DNA of 64,000 nt, taken from NCBI RefSeq assembly GCF_018977255.1, contig NW_024704752.1, positions 19,592,001-19,656,000 on the forward strand, in the 5' to 3' direction. Each line of letters begins with the position of its first letter. Position 1 is the first letter of the stretch. Positions 1 through 14,627 of this stretch are shown here, piece after piece. The notes under the pieces were generated by a model, which searched no databases, had not been told where the DNA came from, and saw nothing but the letters and a program-made list of their open reading frames with translations. This DNA comes from Callorhinchus milii. Taxonomy: Eukaryota. A program made the position numbers and the translations under genes.

Positions 1-1221
1 CTTCTGGACCAGTGCTAACTATACTGACTGCAACTGCAATCTATGAAAAACAAGGCAAATTCCTAACATTTTGTAATTTACCAAGTTCTACATTACAATG
101 TTTCTACAAGCAAAGAGCCTATCATCCCCATGGGTCTGTTTGCATGAATGTGTGTGTGTGTCAAAGTTACTTCATTAGTTGTTTTGTGTGGATTTAATCC
201 TTTTATCAAATTTTTAAAAAAATCCATTTAATTGTGTTGCTCTGTGTATCAGATTTTTCTCAGCCATCGCTGTGCTTCTCAGATTAAATTGGCGTGATCT
301 GTTGTTTGATAATCCTGCAACAGTTTCAACATTGGGATCATATACAAGTTTCAAAGTTTAATTACTTTGCATCAGGGAAATCGGACCTCATTAGTGAAGT
401 GCACATAGATACTAGTATGTAGTATTTGTAGACTAATTTACATTTAACCTACTCTAAGTGAATCTATTATTTTCCATCTATGAGTGATTAGAAAATTATT
501 CATTCACCACTAGCAATTTATATTTTGAAATGTTTGGTTTGAGGGGGGAAAAAAGTGTCAATCGATGATGTGTGGGGCAATAAAAGCTTTCCTATTGTCT
601 ACGTCAACAATAACAACAACAAGACAACAACAACAAGATTTCATTTATAAACAGGGGCTACTGGCAGATATAAGGCAAGGGGAAAGTGTGTAGCACGTTA
701 AACTGTCTTATTCTGGTCACGATGGTCAGAACTCAATGGGGGTTCAGCATAAAAAGGATTCTTTCTAGACTATCAGAGAGAACATGAGGGGCTTATGAAA
801 GATTGTCTAATGCATAATAAAAAACCCATCTCGCCTATCACTAACATAATAGAGATGGTCTCGAGACACAAAAGGTGTTGTTAAAATGCTGCTTTTAGTG
901 AAATGCCAAATGCCATGTGAATGGCTCCTGACAAAACAACGTTAAATATTGTTTGCAAATTTTTAAAGCTTAAAGTCTTGTTTTACTTGAAGCCTATATT
1001 AGCACAATGATCCGGTATTGTGTTGATTAAAAATATTGGTCTGCAAATCAATAAAATACAATAAAAATATAATAATAATCCTTGCATTGATACAGCTCTT
1101 CATCACATCATTGAGACATCGCAAAGCGCTGCACAGGAAATATTGCAAAGTGGATTGATTGACTGTGTATTTTTTGAGCAAATTAAATAAATGTGTTTAT
1201 TTCTGGTTTGATTTTCTCCAG

Positions 1222-1287
1222 CATCTCAATTGGGATCAGCTATGTCCTGGCTGGCAGTGAGGCCTTTGCCGAACTTTTGCAAATCAG
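1222..1287 (+). CDS. Internal exon A of putative Trp/Tyr-permease-like (APC fold) amino-acid transporter
   Basis: Acceptor ttgattttctccag|, donor AG|gtaagg; 66 nt, phase 2-2; encodes ISIGISYVLAGSEAFAELLQI(R); TM3-like; joins exon B in frame. Confidence 0.88.
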
Positions 1288-3914
1288 GTAAGGAGCATTA
1301 GCTTTGTACAACGGGAAATGATTTGTGAGAATTCATGGCTTGTTTGTAATGAGCTCGGATACCTTTGAATAACTTTTGAGTATCTCAATTGTCATCTGAG
1401 ATTCTGTGTAAAGTGGAGCAAAACATACCACTTAAAAAGCCAAGAAGCAGAAGAGTTTTGATGCATTTAAGAGGAAGCCAGATGTACGGGTGAGGGAGAA
1501 GGGAATAGAAAGGTGAGGGAGGGAGGGAGGTGTGAGTGGAGACTTGTGCAGAGTACAAATATTGGTGGACGAGTTAGGCTGAATGATCTGTTTCCGATTG
1601 TACAGTCTACATAAACGTATGTAAAATAAACCTTTTCAGGATTGCTCCAAAGCAGACTTCAAGAAGTCTTGTACAATGTTAGCTGTAAAATCGAGCCTTT
1701 TTCATTTTGATTATATGGTTTAGGGTTGAAATGTTTATAGATTTTTCCCAGCCAATGTGAACCAGTATTATAATGAGGCACATTACACCACCTTCTCCGG
1801 TTTCTCTTATTGAGTTTGTGTCTGAGATTGTATATTATCAGCGGTCCAGAAGAAATGACACATTTAACAATATTAAGAAAATTAATATTCCACATTATTA
1901 TTCAAAGTAATAATACCTAGATAGTGGCTAAAAACCCAAAATAGATCTGGCACATTAATTCTTCTGTCAGATATCATAATAATGTGACTTGGATAAGATC
2001 TACTCTGTTACTATGGTTTTAAAGCCCTTTATACGTTTTTAAAAATGCCATTGTAGATGCCATTGGGTTTGTTTCTGACATCTTAGTTGCTTGATCTAGA
2101 GCAGAAATCCAGTGTAGGATTGATGTACTTAAGATATTTTTCTCAAAGTAGTGCCCTTGGATTTCTATCACTTGAGTTGTGTCAACAACCAAATGTTCAG
2201 AATCTCATCTCTTAAAAATTGACGAGTGCTGTAGTGGCTGGTATAGTATTGCTCATTAGAACATATCTTTAGGGTATATCAACGGGCCGAGGTTTGCTGA
2301 TCAGACCTATGACACATGACTGCATAGATCAACTTGAACAGCTAAAGGGAGATTTTGCACAGCTGAAAGTGACCAGACTTACTGTCTCCCTCCTTTGGTT
2401 ACAGTCATTAATTACCTTCTTTAACGTAAAATCAAAGCAATATTTTCTTTTTTAAAACAAAGGCTTCACAGTAATCTTTTGTTACATTTAGCAAACACCT
2501 GAGCTGGAAACGCAAAATGTAGGCACGTTTTAATACTGGACTCCCAACACATATCTATTGGGTTACACTCTGAGATGCCATTCGAGGTGAAGGACGCTAT
2601 GTAAATGAAATTTGTTGTTGCTGTTACTCGGTGAATTCTAAATGTTTCTGTATGGGTGAAGATGAGTTTTCACTTTACTTACAAAAAATCCATTGAAATC
2701 AAAATCATGGAAATTTTTTTTTAAGAATTGCACATTTCTAACTGAGATTTAGGGTCAGATTCTATGGGATGCCTTCATTATGTCCTAAATTATTAATTCG
2801 TTGCGGGCCACTAGATTTCAAAGCATCTTTCTTTACAGTCTTCATCATAAATGCACAACATACTCGAAGCTTAGTTTTAATTATTGACATGTGATTGCAA
2901 ACGTGTGATTAAATAACACGACTTCCTATCCGTCAGCAGATAATGATAGTTGATGACAATAATTGGAGAGGGAATAGACTCTTTCTTACAGTATCTTGGA
3001 GTGATAAGGACGTTCATGATTCTTCTCACAAAGAGAAACAATAAAGTGTGGTGTCAACATAAAGGTATCTCCACTCAGTGTTGCAAATGCATTGACTAGA
3101 ACAGCCATCGATTTAATAACAGTAAGGAATCACAATTATCAGGTATTGTGTCTAATTATTTTTAAATGAAACAATAAATGTAAAAATGGTTTAATGTTAT
3201 AGTGGGTGTATGTTTATTCCTTGTCTTGGAGTAATATTTTTCTGCGAAATCTTTTGATCATTTCATATTTCTGCAAAGACAATGCAGTATTGTGAAATTC
3301 CTTGCCACGTTTTAATGTTATATAGGCACATCAACTTTGTCACGATTCTCAGTGTGTTATAATGATGGCTTTTAGGTATGTGCTGGATGGAAAATGGTTA
3401 GATCTCAGCATGGTTATTTAAACTTGCTGTTTGAAATTGTTTTTGATGCATTTTACTTTTGCTATACAGCATTTTTCTTTTGATTCCCATCATCAGATCC
3501 CTACGTACTGTAGGTTAAATGTCAGGGCCCACTTCGTTTCTCTTGATGGAAACGACCACAGAAGTAATTGGGCTTAGCTTGATGGAAACCTGACAATTTC
3601 AACATTGCATTTATTTTATTTTGCACCTCAGCTGTGGTGTGAAGATAAAAGCTGATAATTGGGACATGGTATTTTAACCGTTTCATAAATCAAGCACAGG
3701 TAAGGAAGGCCAGGAAGTGTGTTTTTTAAACTGATCTCGCTCTCTCTCTCTCTCTCTGATACACTCTTATTGAATCAGTTGTTGCTTCCAATTGAGCTTC
3801 TACCAGTCACCAAAAAGCTTTGTTTTGCTTCCAGAAGGAAGTCCCCTACATTGTAAGTCACAACTCCCTTAAGCCAAGTGTTGTAGCAGGAGCACCAGAG
3901 GACACGGCCTGCTA

Positions 3915-4420
3915 TTGAAGGGGGTAAATTAAAAATAAATCTGCCGAAACACTACTTCAGTGAGCGAGCAGTAAACGTATGGAACAGGCTCCCCAGGGAG
4001 ACAGACGGTCGAAACAGAAAGTGATGTTTGTTTCGAGAACAAATTAGATACAACAACAACAAGATTGCATTTATAGAGCGCCTTTCACGTAGGGAGGACG
4101 TCCCAAGGCGCTGGACAGTTGGGTCAGGACCCGAGCATTGGGGGGAAATGGTCAGGGTGAGGGGAGGGAAGGGAGGGAGCGAGGAGGGGGGAAATGGTCA
4201 GGGTGAGGGGAGGGAAGGGAGGGAGTGAGGAGGGGGTAGAGAGTCGAGAGGGGAGCTGAAGGCACGGTTGAAGAGAATCTAACAGAATAGATTTCTGTTA
4301 AAAAATAAATATCTGGGGATACAGTGTATGGTTTGGGAAAAGACCTGTCAAGTGACTGTCAGCAGAGTGCAAGGCGAACTGGATGGATTTTGGTCTTTTG
4401 TCTGGTAGATTCTTTTGTCC
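3915..4420 (+). mobile_element. CR1-clade LINE 3' fragment interrupted by L2 (4050-4277)
   Basis: aaacactacttcagtgagcgagcagtaaacgtatggaacaggctcccc = KHYFSERAVNVWNRLP (CR1 ORF2 end); resumes as tagatttctgtt...ggggatacag after the L2. Confidence 0.75.
4050..4277 (-). mobile_element. L2 LINE 3' end inserted into a CR1 fragment
   Basis: Near-identical to the 3' UTR of 25841-26379, with (CAA)n on the + strand. Confidence 0.92.
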
Positions 4421-5113
4421 TTATGTTCAATGGTCTTTATTATTCGGGCTCTGCACAATCCGAGAAACTGAATAAGTCAGGCTTCACATTTTCGATCTAA
4501 ACATATTTGCACGTTTCTTGATTCAGACATCAGAGAGCTCAAAAACAAAGGTCACTTGAGTAAATGGACGGCCTACAAAGATATTAAAGTGCTCTGAATT
4601 GAAAGCGTCATTCTTTAAAAAGAAGGATTGAGTAAATTCCCTTCAATAATAACCTTGTATTTTCGGCTTGTCTAGTATTTTTTTGAAAGTCTTGCTAAAG
4701 TAAAATTATATTTTGGCGATCGTTGTATTTTGTAATCTCATTATTTTTTAATTTTTTTTTGTGGGTGGGAAGTAGGAGGAGAAAGTCCGAACAGTTAGAT
4801 TTCAGGATGATTTCAACTTCAAAAACTCATAGAAAAACCATCTGGTACAATTTGGGATTTGAACTTTTCTTTATATAATATATAGTATAATAATCACAGC
4901 TATCTGAGATCTTTTATCCAGATTTGTTTAAACTTGTCATTTTAAAGTCTGATGAGAAGCAATTTGTGAGAGAGAACTCGATTCTGATTGTAAATGGCAA
5001 AGGATTTGTAATTCAGTATCTGCAGCACAAAATCGCATCAATTCTATATGTAGCCTTGAGAATTGCTTTTAAATGCATATTTCTGAAGTATCCCTGGAAT
5101 GTGATGAGGAATC

Positions 5114-5147
<34 letters not shown>

Positions 5148-8100
5148 TCACTACACTTTACAGTGTATTCTGTGAAGCGCTTTGTGATGTCTTGAAGATG
5201 TGATAAGGCGCTATATCAAGTGCAAGGATTATCATTATTAGATGTTTTGAACAGTGGGCATTTGTTTTGTTTGGGCTACATGCTCGGTACGAGAACGTGC
5301 GACAGGCATTTCTGTTGTTTCTGTGTTACTTTGTGAAGTGGATGAAAATTATTTTAATAGACTTCGGAACATAAGTGCTGCTTAATCATTCTACTAGTGT
5401 TTTTTGATATATTATGCTGATGACAGTATTTCAAACATTATTGTACTGTAGTCACAAAGCGATAGAGAGATTTGAGAGAATTCAAAGTCAGCGCAGAATG
5501 AAAATTAGGCTAAGATACAGATATTGATATCTCATTTATACACAAATAGTTGCTGTGCGTTTGCCATTGACATTTGATTGGATACAGAACACGTCCTCCC
5601 GATGTGAAAGGCGCTCTATAAATGTAATTTTGTTGTTGCTTTGTTAATAAGTTCGAATTCATGTGAGTTACGAAGTAGCAGGAGGTAAATATTTTGGTTG
5701 CCTTAGAATCGTCAATCACAATAGAACACCACATGGGCAAAATCAATAATGATTTAAGCTTCTGCTGATACTACATAAACAGTGCGCATAGTGGACGGAT
5801 AAATATTGCCCCACATCTGTTTATTTGAAGTATAATATCGCAGTGAGGCTGTGAAAGGAATATTTGTTCAGTAACAGAACATACCAGAGGGAAGAGCTGG
5901 AAAAGCATTAAGATATTGACTGTAAATATTATGGTCCAAAACGGAATGACTGTTTTAAACATATTCCACGTAACAAACTTTGGATTGTTTCTTTTTCTTA
6001 CTTTCATACAGTGGGTATAATATCTGGTAAAAGCCTCAATGATTAGTGATATTCTTGTTGACATTCCAAATTACAGACTTAAAGCACTCTTAACACAGTT
6101 ATATAGAGCTTTTATGTCACTTACTACTTACGTGATAATGCTGATTTGATCTCCAAAATAGTCACTAAACTTGACGTAAATCAGCTTTGAGACGTCTCGA
6201 CAACATGATAAGGTATAACATCAAATGCAAGGATTCTTCTTATTATAACCAAAGAACTTAGCACTGCTGCTACATGTGATTGGATCAGTAAAGCTTATCT
6301 TTCCACTTCATAGGAAAATAATGTAATATGCATGACATTCAATGCTACTGTCACTTTAGTTTTGACAGACGAGGTGGTGGTGGGTGAGAGCATAATTTAC
6401 AGTCAATTGGGTTGTTTGGTTTCTGGAAGAGATTGATACTGGGATTGGTTGGCAGAGAAGATGACTTGTGATATATTTCTGCAATGCTTAACTCTTAATA
6501 CATCTGTGGTGGGAGCGCACATTGACCTCTCAGGCTGCCCTCAATTCAAGACCTACAGTATAACTGTTGAATTGACATTGATTTGGGGACTAAGTCAAAT
6601 GGTATTCTGGTACAGCTAATATTATACATTGGCCACTGTACAACTATAGCCATTGTGTGGTTTGATTTTTTTTTAAAAAAATTACTTTTTAAAAGTTCAA
6701 AGAAACTTGTTAGTAAAAGGGCGCGAGGCGGGCGGGTGGATCAGTGAACTTCTTGCGAGCGATCCCGATTTATTCTCTTCGAAGAAGGTATTGATTTGGA
6801 GTAATGAAGCTTGCCAGCTGTTCCACCATGAAGAAGCTTAAATGTTTTGATTGGTAAACGAAGTCGGTTAACAAGTCATTCTGGAGCAAAGTGAGGATCA
6901 AAGCCTTCTAAACTGCACAAGCCACAAAACTCAAAAAAAAAGTTTTAAAGTTTTTAAAAAAAAACACTGCAACTTTCTTGCCAGTGAAATAACAGATTTG
7001 CAATATTCCTGCAGGTCCATCATTTATAAAGATAGATACAGAAATTTATAGATAATCACTCCGATATACTTTTTCTTTTCAGTATTAAGAACATTACAGA
7101 ATCTTACAGCACAGAAGGAGGCCATTCGGCCCATCATGTCTGTGTCGGCTCTTTGAAAGAGCTACCGACTAGTCCCTCCCCCGTTCTCACCCCATAATCC
7201 TGCACGTTTTTCCTTTTTAAGTACCTTATTTATGTTTAATAGAAGGTTTTAATGGAAGCTATGAGATGGAGCTTGAACCCTCATCTAAACTACTCATCAA
7301 TTAATATGTGGGTGTGTCTATTAAGATGTCTCCTCTACCTTGGATACCTACACTTACTGTAACACCACAGATTCCATTAAATTGTAAGACTAAGACTGCT
7401 TCCATTTCTTTTTAAGAAGCAGACATAGACCAGAAAATTAGGTATTAAAATCCCCGTCTGTTACCATTGAGCTCCCGTTTAGGCTATTGAACCGAGTGGG
7501 GAAAAATACAATCTCAAACAATCAGAAATAGATCATGATGGGTTTAGAATTAGCAATGTAATTGACATTTCAATAACCGAGAGTGCACTCTATTGATGAA
7601 CGTAAGGCTTGGTGTCAAAGTCACTACAGATATAGTCTTACTGAAATATAAAACAATGAAAGGGAATTAAATGGCCTGCCTCTGTGATCCATATATCTGT
7701 ACTATTGACGACTGCAGTTTGGCCAAAAAACAGGTGCAGGATAAAATCTTGTCGTGTTTAAAGATGTGTCAGTTTTAATGGTGTTTTGTAGAAACGATCT
7801 ACCTCTGGGTTTGGAATGTATTATGTTGGGAGCAAATTTTTCTGCATTTAGACATTGTAAGTTCATATGTGGTTTGCTCTGAATATTCTCTCACAATGAC
7901 GATTTCTATTCATAGTAACTAGGGTACTGTCAAAGGTACAGCGCAGTTTATATCTGTCACATTTACATTATGTGCCATTGTACAGCATCCCCTAAATCAG
8001 GAGCCATGTAAACCGTTTCTCCCACTAGTAATTGACTAGTAATGGCAGTTGCTTCCTATTTTTATTTTTAAAAGTACTAATCATAATAAAGTGTGCGAGT

Positions 8101-10409
8101 TATCATTCTGAAAAGGTTCCTGTCTTGGATTCTCTCTTTCTCACTCCTTCAGTGCTACTTGCTCCTGCGAGCTCTCCGAGACACTGTCCAGTGTGTAAAG
8201 TATGATATAAATGCCAGTTGTTGGATATCTCCCTTTCCTCTGCCCTGACACCCTGTGCTTCTGATCTCTTGTGTTATTTCCGTTCCTTGTTTCAAAAGCT
8301 CCCAAGTCCCTCTGCCTACAAGTCCTGCTGCCCAGTCTATCCTCCTGAGCAGAATGAGTCACTGGAGAAGGGAAGCAAAGAGAATTGGATAGTTAGACTG
8401 ACTGACAGAAGTTTATTGATGACCATTTGTGATGGAAAACGACCTTTCAAAGGCGCGACTTTGTTCTGCATCTACTCAAACACTGAGTTATTTGGGTCAG
8501 ACAGCACTGACTTGTTAAATCACTGGTCTCCACAATACACTCTGCAACAGCAGACCCATTAGTCTGTGTGATCTATCTTAAAGTACTTGGCCCTACTGCA
8601 AGGTGATACGTGAGCAGGGAGAACAGATGTACCTTAAAACCTGTGATACAGCCTTTGAAAGATAGACTTAAAAAATCAAGTGCAGTCGTACTTTGTCTTT
8701 AAGCAATGAAAAATTTTATTTTCAAATATAATGGGATATATATTTTGCAGAGCCTCTTGTTTAAATGATAGATACCCACCAGAGATGAATGACGAGTAGG
8801 TCTGCAGCTTAATCATATTTTTGACAATAAAGATCACCTTATTTGTGATGTATTTCTAACAGGTTCATATTAAATCCTGCTCAATTAAGTCACCTCAACA
8901 GATATGGTACAGAAACACGAAAAAAATAGCCTTTAAATAGCCATTTAGTGGGAATATCCTTTTGTTTTTGTTGCCATGCAGTAAAATAGCACGAACTGGA
9001 TCAAATAGCAGCAATCAAATCTGCTCCCTCGCAGCGTTCGTGCTCTGGGACGCTACCCTGTGTGAGGGGCACTATATAAATGCAAGTTGTTGTTGTTGTA
9101 GGGTGGAGAAAGGGGAAGGGTCAGCCTCAGGCATAGCCAGGATATTTTTATTCTAAACTCAAACCGCATGTTTGACTCCTGTAGGTAACTGGTGCTGACA
9201 CTGACATTATTGGCATTGCAACAACATTACTGCCAGCGGGAGGGAGGGAGAGAGAGAGAGAGAGAGAGGGGGGAAATGGGGAACAAGGATATAAAATGTT
9301 CTGCAAAGATGGAGTTTTTAAACCAGGAGCCCCATGATTGGTGATCGAAGGCGATACATCTCTCTGCAGAGTGGATGCAACAGCAGAAAGTGAGATGAGA
9401 ACAATTTAAATCGGGGGCAGTAATCAGCGGCTTCACACTGACACTGGGCTTAGGAACAATTGCAAGCTATTGAGTGGTATATCGAACCTCATTGCTAAAT
9501 AGTATGTGAGCGCTGGTGCACAGCTTGCGTTACTAATAATAGATAAAAAGAACACCTGCAAGTGCCAGGAATCTAAAATACAACAGAAAAAGCTTGAAAT
9601 TCACAAGTGAAAACTAGGTTAATGTTTCGAAAGTGATTTTTTTTTCCTTTTTGCTATTAATAACGTCAATTTCAGTTATGGTAGGGTAGAATTTGAGGAA
9701 CAAATACAGACCTGGGAGCAGAATGTCAGAAATATAAAAATAGACTTTGAAAGTGTTTTAATTTTCACTGTGGGCATTTTGTGAATTTTAAACTTTTGAG
9801 ATTTGGATTAGGAATTTATAATTGTAGTCGAACCATAAATAAATCTTTAATTGAAGTTTTTTTTATCGCATTTCAAATTATGGATTTTACCACCGAGAAT
9901 CTTTGTAGTGTATTGCATGTTAAATAATTATCTTGGTGCTCCGGAGCAGAATTTCATACGGATAAAACAAGGCAAGTGTAACCATATAAAACTGAAATAA
10001 GCTCATCAAAAAAAAACTTTGCAATGAGCCGCTGTAAATTAGGAATTTACCATATCGGCAGATTCAGTAATCAGTTTGGATTATTGGAAGACTATATTGA
10101 ACTTAATTTGATGCAGATGAATGGAAAATCAATAGACTTCTTAAGCATGCTTGAGCAAGCACAAGAACAAATTGAACGTATTTGTGGTGAAATAAATTTC
10201 TCTGACACCATGCTCTCTTTGCTTCTCATCCTCTTAAAGATTAACAAGCACTGTAGCGTTTTTCAGAACGAACATTTGTGTAGGATCTTGAGTGCCTCAT
10301 AGTTTTGAACTTGTAATATTAAAAGTGCTTGCTGTAAATTTGTGGGTTTATATTAGTTGCTATATGAAGACAGCTTTCACAGCAATCTTAAAAAAAAACA
10401 TTATACACA

Positions 10410-10550
10410 AAGGTGAAGAGGGAAAATTTGCAAGGATACGAGGAAAGGAGCGGAGGAGTGGGACTGATTAGGTAGCAATCTTCGAAAGCACAGACACGAT
10501 GGGCCGAATGACCTACGTCTGTGCTGTAATAATATTCTATGATTCTATGA
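10410..10550 (+). mobile_element. CR1-type 3' end
   Basis: gatgggccgaatgacct..tctgtgctgt...attctatgattctatga terminal repeat; related ends at 7090-7220(-), 1430-1620(+), 25632-25798(-), 33458-33595(-), 45190-45290(+), 63180-63330(+), 12930-13085(+). Confidence 0.75.
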
Positions 10551-11019
10551 AAGTATTTTGAACATCATGATTTTCATCAATCAACCTTTCTGTTGTTGAC
10601 CATCTTAGAATTTACCTCATTGTTTATTTAAAGGAAGAATGTTGGGACAATGACTGGACATATAAACTTGTTTAATTAATGTGATCCTTTATTTTGAAAG
10701 AAATCCCACTTGTGGTGATTTGTGTGGAGGAGAGCTGTTTATTTGTACCTTTGTCCAAACACCAGCTTAGTTCACTTGGGCAACAATGCAAGTTGTTGTT
10801 GTAATACCATCCTGAATACTGCATAATTAGAAATAACAGAAGTATCTTCCTTAAAGTTCTTCATTTTTTTTCCATTATATTTTTTCACCCTGGAAGCTCT
10901 GAATGGAGATATCATTTTGTTTTCTTGAGAAGCGATCAATCAGGTATAACATTTTTGATAAAATGACAACTGTGTCTGTCCTCACTGGGCAGGTGTTGTA
11001 CCAAGCAAATCTGTAACCA

Positions 11020-11400
11020 GCTCCACTTCCCTTTTTAAGTTGAATGTAACCTTCTGAAATGTCAATGAAGTTTACATTTGATACTGAACTGTTTACTGTA
11101 GGCCTTGTCCTTTTGCCTTCATCATTTCCTCAAACGATGCCCTTTGACAGCTTTAAATGAAAGAAATGCCAGCTATATGATTGTCTGTATTGCAATTATA
11201 TGTTCCTGCTCCTTCCTTGAAGCCAAGTAATTGACTTATTATAACTGTCCTGTCGTGAGGGAGGATCTATAGAGGTTGCCTAGGTTTTGTGTGTGAGCAG
11301 TTATGGTGACTGATAATTTCATTTCAATCGCTGTGTGTGTGCTTCTACCTGCAGGTGTTTTGGCTCTAATACACAGCATCTGTGTCCAAAATTAAAGTAA
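11020..11400. promoter_or_regulatory. Candidate conserved noncoding element/enhancer
   Basis: Repeat-free; TGTTTAC (Fox), TGACAG, TAATTG and CACCTG motifs; similar blocks at 6715-6930, 10020-10260, 57090-57365; conservation not verified. Confidence 0.3.
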
Positions 11401-13434
11401 CATTGCTGAAATAAATATCTCCGTTACTTTTACCTATTCTGGAAACCAAATTCTGAAAACGATGTGTCTTCAGTGTAAGGTTTCACTGATTGTAATGATT
11501 ATTCAGATGCTGTGCAACTCCTTGTAATGAATGTTGATTTTCTACCTTCCCAGTAGCTTTCTAGGCCTTGCGGCATTGTTGTTTTTGTAACTTTAGGAAC
11601 TTCACAGCATTTAAAAACGCGCATCTACGGGAGAGCCTAGATCAAGGCACGTCACTAGCTGTTTGTGGGATATTGCTTTGCTCAAATTGCTGTTGCTTTC
11701 CCCACAAAACTCACACTCACTCCGCTTTACAGTGTAACATGTGAAACGCTTTATGACATCCTCCCAGCGTAAAGGGCGCATTTCGAAATGGAAGGAATAT
11801 TACTATTATTATTATTATCACAATGCAGCAGAAGTCACGGAGACTAAGACACTGCTGACTTGTATCCCAGTCTGAAAGAATTAGTTGATGTTAGGTGGGG
11901 CAGTAATTGTGGTACTAAAATTGTTTTGGGGGTTTGTGTTTCCTTTTTCACCGTCCAGTGAACCCTGTTGGAAAGTACGCAAATGTAGATGATGTGCGAG
12001 GACAAAACGGGGTTAGTTGTGATTCCCCCCCCCCCCTTTGAAAACCCCACCAATCTGAATGCATCTGTGATGTACTGTTCTCTTTATCGCCTTTGTATGA
12101 AGCAAAGTGTTGACCCCAAATTGGTTACACTAGGTGTTGAATAAGTCTGAACATTAATGTTACGAACCAACTGTTAACAACTGCGTTTAATCAGATAATA
12201 GGGTCAAAGTGCTTCACCGAATTGCATCAGATGGGAACTATGCCACGGCAGACGCAGAAGGTTATATAAATTCTTACTCCCAATTCTCAGGGTGCCTAGT
12301 TCATGCAAACCTAATCAGTAGCAATGGAAAGGGATCACATTGCTCGCTTAATGTAATGCAAATGAGACTCTGATTATTGCCTTTGTTTTTAAATATTTAC
12401 ATGTGTCGGTTCAGAAATTGATCTGTTGCAGTGTTGCTCCAGTCCAGACTATTTGTATAGACAAGCAATTTTCCTATTAAAAACGTGTTGGGAATTAATC
12501 TTTGTGGTGGCTATGTTCCAGTTTAAACACAGGCTTTTGTAGATGTTAACTGATGCGTGTTTTCATTTTCAAACCTCAGCCTCTCTCATGCCCTACAATT
12601 ATGTTTACATTCCTGAAGTTTAAAGTTAAAAGATCTCGTGAGATTTTGTGTGTCAAACGGATTGTTTTTTGAGATGTGTATGAAGGGATTTTCTTTTTTC
12701 CCCCCAAGCAGAGTTGAAAATCCAGAATTATGCAGCAGGTTGACCAGCTGTGTTAATCTCTGCTCCTCATCTATGATCTGCCAGTCAGTATAATAGCCAA
12801 TATTATTTGTACAAGAAGACCTGTTTTTGTGGACCTTTTCAACAAGAGAAATCCACTGGCAATAAAAGTGAATAGGAAGTGAAGCGGAGAACATATCTTC
12901 GTTAGAAAGGTGATAGGCGTAGAGAGAACTAACCACCAGGTCGCATGGTAAAACCACCAGCTACTGTACAAAGCAGTTTCAAAAAGGAACTGGAAAGTAA
13001 AGCGATGGAAGCGTGATTAAATAATGGGATAAAAGGAACGTTTGGGAAGTTAGACAGGTTGGCGAGCAGCGTGATGGTCTCCTACCAAAACAGCTTGATG
13101 TGATGAGAGGCAAAGATTATTATTATTTTTATTATTGCCTCAAACTGATTATCTAAATATGATCTGATTCGACTGAAAACATATTGTTAAGAATCTCAGG
13201 GATAAAATTGGAGCAGACCAATGCCTGCTGAGTGGTGGGAACGGGCAAGTTGGTAAGTTTTAGTAGTTCCCATAAGTCAACGCCAATGGATTGTGGTTAA
13301 TTGTACCCATCATTAATACATTTACAGCTTGATCCTAATAGGTGAACATGAGTCAGTTGGTTCCAACTCAAAACTGTATTCTTCTGAATTCGTGAAGAAC
13401 TGGTACAACATTAATGTGTGTGTTTTTGACCCAG

Positions 13435-13558
13435 GTATCTGCACGTCATCCCGTTCTTCACCTGGATCCTGGTGCTGGGTATTATCACAGCTCAAGTTGT
13501 TCTCCAGCCAATTATGTCCATTTTGACGCTTGTGAAAGGATCGTTTTTAATCCTCACA
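13435..13558 (+). CDS. Internal exon B of the same transporter
   Basis: Acceptor tttttgacccag|, donor CA|gtgagt; 124 nt, phase 2-0; YLHVIPFFTWILVLGIITAQVVLQPIMSILTLVKGSFLILT (two hydrophobic helices). Confidence 0.92.
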
Positions 13559-14313
13559 GTGAGTATTATAAGCTATGGACTATTTTCCCTCTTTCTGTGC
13601 ATGTACATCAGATACAGCCCCATCTGGAAAGCAAAAAATATACATCAAACCTCCTCTTACTGTATCGTCACTGTGTTACTTACTGTGTTGCCCACAGGAC
13701 ACGGGGAATTGAATTAAAGAAGTTTTCTTGTTGTTTGATCTATTACCTTTTCCTATTTGTTCTATATGTCACTTAACTAATATTTCCCAGTTATGTATTC
13801 ATCATGGTTTTTTTTTAGAAAATGCACAATGTTTTACTCTGACTGGTATGCAGTGTCACAGTAAGGGGCAAGGCCTTAATTGTTAATGTCCACAGATTAG
13901 GTCGTGGATTGAGTGGAATTTACCAAACGATTCCACTTTGTACATGGACCAGACATACAAAATTCAACAGGAAATGTGCTAGTGTGTGTGGGGGGAGAAT
14001 GCTGATTGACAATGCTGTGCACTTGTATTGCAAATTCGCATTCTGAGCATACATCGCCAAGTTAGCACCATTCCCACCACAATTATCCCCCCCTCCCTTT
14101 TTCTCAGAAATTCGTTCTGGTATTTTTTTCAGAAAGGCAAATAACAGCTGAGGATATTGTAAGACAGTGTTTTTAGGTTTTGCTGGTTTCACTGATCTCA
14201 GTATTCGCGTTAATAATAAATAATCCCTGCACTTGATATCGCGCCTCTCACATCTGGAAACCTTCGCCTTGTGTAACGGTGTATCTTGTTGGCATTAGCA
14301 GAAGATGAGCAGT

Positions 14314-14627
14314 ATAATAATAAGCCTTGCATTTGATACAGCACTTTTCACATCTTCTAGATGTCTCAAAGCGCTTCACCGTATAGACTTTAAAGTGAAT
14401 TGACTGTATGTTTGTGGGCGAAACGCGGCAGCCAATTGCGCACAGCAGCGTCCCACAAACAGTCGTGGATTGAGTGAACAAATTATTATTGTGTTTTTTT
14501 TTCTTGAGCGATTATTATTAGGTGTGTGGAGTAAGGAAACTTGTCCAACGTTTGGCCCTGCCTGGGAATCAAACCCAGGTCTCTCGCTTGCGAGGCGAGT
14601 GCTCTCACCACTGAGCTCCAGGACTCC
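14314..14627 (-). mobile_element. Full-length tRNA-derived SINE (short body, GAGACGTCTC-type tail)
   Basis: tRNA head with CGC loop, Deu-like block, (TTA)n; extra tail fragment at 14211-14280. Confidence 0.9.
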
